A stretch of DNA of 64,000 nt from Antedon mediterranea (Eukaryota > Animalia > Echinodermata), in contig NC_092670.1 in NCBI RefSeq assembly GCF_964355755.1, forward strand, positions 36,382,388-36,446,387. Direction: 5' to 3'. Shown here one piece after another: positions 55,101-64,000 of this stretch; the first letter of the stretch is position 1, and every line of letters begins with the position of its first letter. The notes beneath the pieces were generated by a model. It was given only the letters and a program-made list of their open reading frames with translations. It searched no databases and was not told where the DNA came from. Made by a program: the position numbers and the translations under genes.

Positions 55101-58100
55101 CAAAATAGATAAAAAGTGAAAATGGCCATACCTCCTAAACTACTTGATCTATTGATATAATTTTGGTACTAACATACTCAGAACATACATATTTATATTC
55201 GCTATAATAGAACATTTTGGCCAAAATTGACCGGAAATACCATTTCTGACAATTTGACCTTTGACCTTGATATGTTGTATCTTGGTAACCACTAACCGTA
55301 GGGAAACAAATGATGGCTCAAATTGTTCAGAATGTACATATTTACATTTATTGTAATGAGACATTTTGTCAAAAAATGGTTAGAAGTAAAGGTTATTGAC
55401 CTTTAACCTTTATCTATGTAGAATTTCCATATCTCGGCAACTATGTGTGGTAGAGATTTAAAATTGGGCTCTAAATACTGAGAATATACTTATTTATATT
55501 TACTCTAATGAAACAGTTATGACAGAAAATGACCAGAAACGACATGTTTGACCATTGACCTTGATATGCTATATTTCGATAATGACTGACTGAGATACAC
55601 CATTTATGGCTCAATTTGTTCAGAATATAATTATAACTTTTAAATTTCTAATTACGGTATAGCAGCAATTGATTAGATATTGTGCATGTATTTAGTACGG
55701 CATCTTAAACAACTGTTCCAACTTCGTCTTCATCATCGTCATCAATCTTTCTATCTACGTTGTCGCATTCTTTTAGTTGACACACTCCACAAACTGAAGC
55801 ACATGCCAATCCATAGCATCTACAACTGCAACATACAGTTTTACATCCAGTAGTACAGTTACAATGGATGATTTTCAAAAGTTCTTCTGAAGCAGCAGTT
55901 TCCATCGTCATTATTGGCACAAATGTTTTATTACAAACTTTCCATCCCCACTTGGTAGCATCCATGCTATTATCTTTCTATAGCCATTGCATGATTTGAC
56001 TGACGTTCTGTAGCAGATGACGTTGGTGGTAGTTGTTGAGGCTAGGTTTGATAAATGATTTACCCTCAACAACTTTTTTATTAAATAGCTTGCATCTGTA
56101 GCTATTCAGGGAATCCAGTGACTTCGCTCCAAAAAGAATAGACATGTCCTTCAGTCCAAACTCCTCGATAGTTTAAAGTTTCTGATGCGGTTGAGTGAAA
56201 ATATCGGCACACATGTCATATTCTGGGTTACTTTCAATCAATTTATTAAATGCCGCTTTCTTGCCGATTCCGAAAATCCTAGACGTCGAATCACAACCAG
56301 TGAATGCATGCACTATGGGTAATGCATTTCACATTTTATATCCTAAAACAGATTTCAATCTGGTTACATTAATCACTCTAGTAGGCCCATCTTTTCCTTT
56401 GTCTAATCTGAAGTACACTTCTCGGTTTGTTGTATTTACATGATACAGTAAAAGTACCAGTAAGTCCGTGTCTTCTCCAATCAAAGTTACTGTATTATGT
56501 TCAGAGACTTCAACTGTTGCCACAGAGCAATGTCAGCATCGGCATTGTTTTTTTTTGTTTTTTTTAAAACCATATTTAATGAGGGTGATCCACGCAGCTA
56601 TTGCTGATCATTAGGGACCCTCAGAGGTTCACAAGACAAACATATACACAAGATGCTCTACAAAACAAAGTCTTATTACAAGTCTTTGGGAGTGGAGTAA
56701 TTTGGTCCTTAGAAAAAATCCTGACATGTGACGGGACTTGAACTCAGGACCCTTGGAGTGGTAGCCAAGCATCATAACCATAACTCGTTGGCTGCATGTC
56801 GTACAGGACATTCTTTTTTCTGTAGCTCATATGAAAGCATGTTGATAAATTTGTGTTTGTTCTCATGCCTTGACAGGAATTCTTCTTTCTTTCCATCAAA
56901 TTCAGTTAGGACAAATCTCTCTAGACGATGTAATGAAATATGAACTAAGTCCGTTTCCACCCTCACTCTTCGAAGCCAAAGACATCTTTAGGAAGGCAAA
57001 TAAACCAATAAATTGATAGAAAGTAACCTAGAATATGACACTGATGTGTGCCGATATTTTCACTCAACCGCATCAGAAACTTCAAACTATCGAGGAGTTT
57101 GGATTAAAGGCCATGTCTATTCTTTTTGGAGCCAAGTCACTGGATTTCCTAAATAGCTACAGATGCAAGCTGTTTAATAAGAAAGTTGCTGAGGGTAAAT
57201 AATTTATCAAACCTCAACAACTACTACCACCAACCTCATCTGCTACAAAATGTCACAGTCTTAGAGTATACTATCAAATCATGCAATGGATAAAGAAAGA
57301 TAATACCATGGATGCTGCCAAGTTGGGGAAGTTTTTAATAAAACATTTGTGCCAATAATGACGATTGAAACTGCTGCTTCAGAAGAACTTTTGAAAATCA
57401 TCCATTGTAACTGTACTACTGGATGTAAAACTGTATGTTGCAGTTGTAGATGCTATGGATTGGCATGTGCTTCAGTTTGTGGAGTGTGTCAACTAAAAGA
57501 ATGCGACAACGTAGTTAGAGAGATTGACGACGATGATGACGAAGTTGAAACAGTTGTTTAGGATGCCGTACTAAATACATGCACAATATCCAATCAACTG
57601 CTGCTATACCGTAATTAGAAATTTAAAATTATTATTATATTCGTTTTTGTTTACTTTTCCGGTTTTTTATTCACTATTATTATTAAGAATGTATACAGTA
57701 CTGTATGTTCTGAACAATTTGAACTTGAACTCATATTCTAAATATAATATAATAAATGTAAAATATTACAGTTACTTGATTCCCAGGAAAGCTCTTAATT
57801 CCATGGGTAGATTAGACCATTACGAAATAAAAATAATTATATTCTGAACAAATTGAGCCATAAATAGTGTATCTCAGTCAGTCATTATCGAAATATAGCA
57901 TGTCAAGGTCAATGGTAAAAAAAATGTCGTTTCTGGTCATTTTTTGTCAAACTGTTTCATTAGAGTAAATATAAATAAGTATATTCTCAGTATTTAGAGC
58001 CCAATTTTAAATCTCTACCACACATAGTTGCCGAGATATGGAAATTCTACATAGATAAAGGTTAAAGGTCAATAACCTTTACTTCCAACCATTTTTTGAC

Positions 58101-61100
58101 GAAATGTCTTATTACAATAAATGTAAATATGTACATTCTGAACAATTTGAGCCATCATTTGTTTCCCTACGGTCAGTTATTACCAAGATACAACATATCA
58201 AGGTCAAAGGTCAAATTGTCAGAAATGGTATTTCCGGTCAATTTTGGCCAAAATGTTCTATTATAGCGAATATAAATATGCATGTTCTGAGTATGTTGGT
58301 ACCAAAATTATATCAATAGACCAAGTAGTTTAGGAGGTATGGCCATTTTCACTTTTTATCTATTTTGGCGGCCATCTTGAAAAAAACCACTTTCCGGGGG
58401 TCGAAATTCTTGAGACTTTTTTTCTGTTGTTTAGTAGAATCAATACTACCAAATTCCGTTGAAAAACCTTTTGTTGCAATTTTTTTGAGGTTGGCCCCTT
58501 TTTTTCATTAGTTCTACTCTACTATATATGCGAAAAAATAAGAATGACCTATTAGTATTAAATTTCAGCCCGGAGAGGAGCTTATGCCTGTGTAATGTAT
58601 CATGATGAGTACAACTACTAATTTCCACATATGGAAGGACTTCGTTCAATGTATCTCATCTGCTACGCTCCTACAATCCTCTAGGTCATGGGATAACTAG
58701 AATTAGAGAAGTTAAATATCTTACTTAATATAGTTAGCCTTTTTATCTTCTTTCCAATCTTTATTCAATTGGTGTATTTTACATGCTACATAACGTTGTT
58801 CATCTAGATCAAAGCCCTTGTGAACTTCACTGAATCCTCCTTTTCCAAGCAACTTCAATAGTAGGTATCGTTTATTTAGCACGGGGTTGTCTTTGAAGCG
58901 GGATAAGTCCTCATTATGTATTCGTTTAAGTTCACGTATATGCAAATTACGACTGCGCTCTAGTTTTTCTAATTCTACTTGTAAATCGGCTTCCTCCTGT
59001 AAAAACAATTGTCAATTTTGTTAATTTAAATAGCATTAATTCAAAAAACAAAAAGGACTATTAAGAATAAAGAATTATACAACACAATTCAAACCAAGAA
59101 TTTATGGCTTAGTCTACACTTCACTTTTGTTTGCAACTTTTTGGAGAAGTTTGCTCAAGTTTGTTAGTGTAGACTGGGCGTAAAAGGTGGGGTTACACCA
59201 TACTTTTATAGATTGTGCTTAAAAGGTAGGCCTACACTTTATAGTTGTACAGATTGTGCTAGACTTGTTTGTAATATTAGTGCCACTCTTTTTCATAATC
59301 AGCAATAAAGCAAAGAGTACCCATTTTCAATTACCTATAGATAGGCAACAATCACAACGAGAAACATAAACAAGATATTGTACATGAACGGGATCTCACC
59401 ATTATATAAGAATGAACGCATGCACACACACACACAACACCGAATAAACAATGAGGTGACAAGATACCATCAGTACTTGATATAGTTGTACAAACAAGTC
59501 AACTTGCTAGATGCAACTACGACCTAGTATATTACTTACTACCTTGTGTAATTTATTGCAATGTCTGTTGTATGTCACTCTAAAAAAAATCTGTGTACAC
59601 TTAAAAGTAGCATTAATCTAAATGCCAACTTTATGTCAATGGCTACCAGATGTCTCTATGTAGACAGTTACTTGAACCACCTACTTTCTTTAGAACTTGT
59701 AGTCTTAGTTTCAGTATCTCGTCCTGTTCATAGTAAGCTTGGGCCGAAAGCTGCGGTACTGAGTTGGATTTGGAGTTAGTCTGCGCCCCTTGTAGGTGGG
59801 GCTTCCTTTTGGTTAAAAGTTTTTTTTGTCGGTCAATTTCATCCCTCTCTTGTGCTAGTCTTTCTTGCTGTCTGGATATTCAAAATAAAAGACATTTAGT
59901 TGAAGCTACACATGCATTGGGTGTAATATTAATTTATATAAATAATAGTGGAGCTGTAGCTTGGTGGTTAACATGCCTTCCAATCCCAAGGCAGAGTTCA
60001 ATCCTGACCTATTGCCACTAAGCCTCAAATAGGACTAAAGCTCTGTCTACACTATCAAACTAGTGTGATGTGCCCAAATATGATAGTGATATATCACATT
60101 TTTTGGTCACATAAACTTTTACAGTGTAGACAGAGCTTTAGTTTATAAGCACGATAAACCATAAAAATGGTTTATCCCTCCTGTAATTGGCGAGTTTGTG
60201 CTCGCTGCTGGATGCGTCTGTTTTTTTTGTAATTAATGCCGACAAATTACCATGATCTATGGGACAAATTCTTACGCACAGGTTGTTACAAGGAGTCGTT
60301 AAAATTTCATACCTGACAATATCCGTAAAAGCATATCCGTCTTTCCAACTCTCAACAAACTGCGCGCCCTGTCGTTGTGTATTGAACTGTCCTAATCGCA
60401 AACGATTTTCCATGCTAGCCTTACGTACATGCTTTTTCTCTTGTTGTGATTTCTCTAATAGCAGGCTCTTGTTCATTGCTAGACATTTGGTTAAATGATC
60501 ATTCTGTTTTTGTAGCTGTTTTTGGGTTTCATTAAGTTCCTGAAATTATAAACATTGAAAATAAAATTATCACACTCGAAAAAGTTTGATAGTGTATAGC
60601 ACAGTACTGAAGTCACAATTCCGGCCCAAGCGTTCAATTAGCTTTTTCCGGTCTGCGATTCAATGGTGGATCTCTATGTTAAGAGGCACGTTACTTCCAA
60701 ATCGTCATTATTTTATAAAACTAATTAACTAACATTCGGTTGAAAATGAAATACAATGCCTGTTAGCATAAATTTTCACCATTGCATTGCAGACCGGAGG
60801 AAAAAATCATTGAATGCTGAGGTAATTTCCAAGTGGTATTGTGACCACCAGATCTTCGTGTTTGGAAACGCTTGACTGCCAAACACGAAGATCTTCGTGT
60901 TTCGCGTTTTTTTACGAAATCCGGTATACTATAAATATTGACACTATATTCGGTCTGGACCGTCAATATTTTACTATTTGAAAGTAACTAATCTGGTTAC
61001 GAACGACCGTCAAAATCGGTCGCGTGCTAGCTATGCCGCCGAAGCATTACAAAGGTTTTTGTGGATTGGCATGTTTGTTTGTTATCTGAATAAAAAATAA

Positions 61101-62861
61101 TTGAGTCATTTTCAATATGAAGTCTTTAATTTTATTATTGTATGCATACCCTAATTGTTTTGGTGTTTCACGAAACAAACTTGTTTAGAAATGGTATGGA
61201 TATTATCATCAGTTTACTAGCTAGGCTAGTAGTACTAGGCTAGCCTAGGCCTAGTCGTAAAACGGTTCCGGACCAACTTTAGGCCTGGTGTCTTTACCAT
61301 GTGCATTTTGGCGAAACATTGATGCAAGATTTATGATTTATAAAATTTAATACATTTTTCGATAGTGATAACTTGTTTTATAGGCCTATCGGTGCCGTGT
61401 AAGTAACTTTTTCGTTGTTTGTTGATCTCCCTGGGCGATATTTTCATATTGTGAGGCCTTGCACAAAATCGCGAATATCTCGACTTTCTTGCGCAAAACT
61501 ATGAAAAACTAAAAAAGTGGGTTACTTTTATTTTACTATTACGATTTACATATTGCGATTTGAAAATCGTTCTTGGTACCATTGTAAAGCTAAAATCTTT
61601 ATGATTATTTTAGTATAAATTACATATAAATCAGATCAAATACATAGTTTCAATCAGCTTCAATAAAAACATCGAATTGGGTTAAAAACGCTGGCGGTGG
61701 CAGTTTCTAACTGGAAAAACCTCTGGCAATCAAAGTGTTAAAGGTCACATTACCTTCTGTAGTCTTTCCATCATGACATCTTTTTCTTCTATACAACTTG
61801 TAGCCTTCTTTTCAAGTTTTTCTACTCCATCCATACCAAGACTAGTCTGTTAAATTTAAAGAGGAATGATGTAATATTATAACACACCTGATTGTGTTCT
61901 TGCAATTTGATTGGTCATCATGTGTCATTTGGAATTAGTGATATCTAATGGTGATAATGAACGGTTTAATGCACGTTTATCATTTTGCAAATCTTTGCAA
62001 CGATTGTTGACTGATTGCAGTCAGAAATCAAAATGTTGTGTGCGCCATCTATAAGTGTTCTACTCCGAATCGTTATTTTAATGGCCTAGCTTCCCCACTG
62101 TTCTATTTTCACCTCGGCTTGCGATTCTCGCCATCAAACTCATAAACATTCACAATTTGTATATTGCACAATGATGTACTATTACATGCTCACATTTTAA
62201 ACATTTTTGTGTGTGACGTAGTAGCCTTGTGAATGATGCATGGTGGAAAACCAACCTGTAGTGAACAACTCATGAAAATATTCATCTTATTCAACTCATA
62301 AACATTCACAATTTGTATATTGCACAATGATGTACTATTACATGCTCACATTTTAAACATTTTTGTGTGTGACGTAGTAGCCTTGTGAATGATGCATGGT
62401 GGAAAACCAACCTGTAGTGAACAACTCATGAAAATATTCATCTTATTCAACTCATAAACAGTCATTATTTGTGTACTAATATTTTGTATATTGATTAAAT
62501 CAACAACATAGAATGGCCAACATACTACAGTCAACTCTCCTAATACCAGACTTTTCTCGAAGTCCAAACAGTTCCAAATTCATTTTTACAATTATATAAA
62601 CACATTCCGAATACCAGACTTTTCGGAAAAACCAGAAATATTTGATCAGTCCAAAGGCATTCGGTATTGGGAGAGTTGACTGTATAACCAAATAACATTA
62701 ATTTATCATGGTACAAATTAGTTAAGACTACTTACTTGGACCTCTTTGGTTGACATTTCCACATTGAATGATATCAATTGTTTCTGTTGCTGGTATTGTT
62801 GCATGTGAATTAAGTTATTTCCATCGTTATGGTTGCTGTTTGAACCAGTCGGGGATCCAAA
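52112..62861 (-). CDS. TLK: Tousled-like Ser/Thr kinase, 5'-incomplete (11 exons visible)
   Basis: Exons 62861-62736, 61846-61754, 60539-60313, 59871-59685, 58996-58725, 54663-54574, 54245-54076, 53892-53751, 53168-53057, 52932-52825, 52297-52112. Motifs [91 protein letters not shown]. Confidence 0.95.
53308..53614. mobile_element. Kolobok-like MITE nested in a pogo-type MITE
   Basis: ttaa|AGATGCATTGTCCCC ... GACAATATATCT|ttaa; removing it restores cctattaagggg of the host MITE. Confidence 0.65.
53910..54026. repeat. ~45-bp tandem repeat, about 2.5 copies
   Basis: aaataatatttcaattgatattaatatatatcta.atgctaatga repeated. Confidence 0.85.
56547..56780 (-). mobile_element. tRNA-derived SINE family C inserted in the Academ ORF; second copy at 63016-63170
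   Basis: Minus strand reads tggttatgatgcttggctacc..gagttcaagtccc and ends in an A-rich tail; it splits the reading HAAN|..DADI. Confidence 0.75.
57643..57835 (-). mobile_element. 5'-truncated LINE 3' end inserted in the right Academ arm
   Basis: Absent from the left arm; flanked by direct repeat attatattc; minus strand encodes [10 protein letters not shown] (the WNxLP motif of CR1/L2 ORF2 ends) and ends A-rich. Confidence 0.6.
60773..61741. mobile_element. piggyBac-like non-autonomous element (left end degenerate)
   Basis: Right end ctggcaatcaaagtg|ttaa; repeated agatcttcgtgttt subterminal motifs; CpG-richer interior. Confidence 0.4.
62136..62460. repeat. Near-identical tandem duplication, ~156-bp unit x2
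   Basis: aactcataaacattcacaatttgtatattgcac...atcttattc repeated. Confidence 0.92.
62528..62682. mobile_element. pogo/Tigger-type MITE
   Basis: ta|CAGTCAACTCTCCTAATACC ... GGTATTGGGAGAGTTGACTG|ta. Confidence 0.85.
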
Positions 62862-63441
62862 CTGAAATTAGTTCCAAAATAGGTAATATTTGAATAGTTA
62901 AATGTTATTTTAGATTACTGCTTTGTAAATATTATTTAGTATTGTTTTGTTAGACAAATTGCCAACAATAACATAAGTGAATTCATTCACTATCCGTCTT
63001 AAAGGTGGTAATTCTGTTCACAAGACAAACATATGCACAAGATGATCTACATAAACAAAGTCTTATTACAAGTCTTTGGGATTTTCATTAGATTCCTGAT
63101 ATGACATGATTTGAACCCAGGACCCTTGGATTGGTAGCCAAGCATCATAACCACCAAGCCACCACTCCACTCAATCAAATAGGATTTGAATCAAAATGAG
63201 TGGTCTAGTGGGTGAGCACAATCAGGACTAATGGGAATTTGTCAATTGTTTATAATAGCGAGCTTTCAATTTGCGTCGATAGGACATTGACATGTTGTTG
63301 GTTGTTACCTGGATCAGGAAATCACAAAAAGTGTGTCAAGGAATATAGAGTGTCTCTGTCTCACACTATCAAACATTATGTGAAAAAAAAATGCGATGTG
63401 CCTATACAGTACATGATAATGTCATATCACAACTATATTAT

Positions 63442-63603
63442 ACAAATAATGAATGTTTATGAGTGTAATGGTACAAATAATGGCATGAGGTGAATGATGA
63501 AAGGTTATATCAACGAGGCAACGCCGAGTTGATATAACCTTTCATCATTCACCAAATGCCATTATTTGTACCATTACACGAATATAAAACATTCATTATT
63601 TGT
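63442..63603. mobile_element. ~160-bp near-perfect palindrome (Crypton-like non-autonomous element end)
   Basis: Arms of about 75 bp around gaggcaacgccgag; a related cctcggcttgcg motif occurs near 62112. Confidence 0.6.
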
Positions 63604-64000
63604 TTTATATAACATCTAAATAGATTCCTGTCATTTGAATGAAATAAAGGTAGCCCTAGCCAAGAGGCCTACATTTCATTAACATTGATTAAAACAGTAA
63701 CATTTGGTTTCTAATATTATATTAAATGTTATATTTATATGGATTTTATAAACTACTTTAGTGTTAATTATGTCAACAAACAACTAAACAATCCTAGGCC
63801 TAGCAAGGCTAAAACGCCTAGGATAGGCCTAGCATAATCCTAACAGGCCTAGCTTAGTAGTTACTAGTAGTAGTACTGTACTAGCTTGGCTGAAAGGCAA
63901 AACTTCGACAGAAAATTGGAACTTATCTAGGCTAATTATGGTTTTTCCAACGATTCCACGTCTTGTAGGGATGTCCCCATTAATTAATCAAAATCCTAAA

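Larger units (their letters stand above)
54954..58524. mobile_element. Academ (AcademX-type) DNA transposon derivative made of two inverted 3' halves; decayed ORF
   Basis: Termini TAGTAGAGTAGAA / TTCTACTCTACTA; 4-bp TSD TATA (54950-54953, 58525-58528). XPG/FEN-like motifs [52 protein letters not shown], and a Cys-rich [15 protein letters not shown]...CGVC finger present in both arms. Confidence 0.82.

Noticed and set aside
55705-57561. Tesmin/CXC-like host genes at 55705-55965 and 57349-57561
   Set aside because: They are the mirrored C-terminal finger remnants of the transposon, with frameshifts upstream.
63190-63310. Additional TLK coding exon after the acceptor-like ttcctgatccag (minus strand)
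   Set aside because: All three frames hit stops before a convincing donor; it could only be non-coding or alternative.

Overview
AT-rich, intron-rich eukaryotic DNA from an invertebrate animal (the SINE and DNA-transposon repertoire suggests an echinoderm-like deuterostome; inference). Seven spliced genes were reconstructed by eye from ORFs and GT-AG boundaries: two cholinesterase-like paralogs (-) flanking PMS1 (+); sorcin (-) with a U12-type intron; ZC3H10 (-) head-to-head with a 22-exon DUF4062-STAND NTPase-TPR gene starting MGCGAS (+); and the 3' part of a Tousled-like kinase (-). For the five complete multi-exon genes the summed exon lengths are divisible by 3. Introns are crowded with non-autonomous elements: about 20 copies of one MITE family, tRNA-derived SINEs, Penelope-like ends with hammerhead motifs, a Helentron-like element and several foldbacks. 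The most unusual items are: (1) a 3.57-kb Academ-type element built from two inverted 3' halves, with its TATA target duplication supported by an empty-site SINE copy in this window; (2) a 16-copy minisatellite made from an exon end plus its splice donor; (3) active-site and CpG asymmetry between the two esterase paralogs; (4) clustered enrichment of the palindrome TAGGCCTA. No CRISPR, rRNA or bona fide tRNA was seen. I found no single clearly new multi-gene system. All family assignments are from motif recognition, without database searches.
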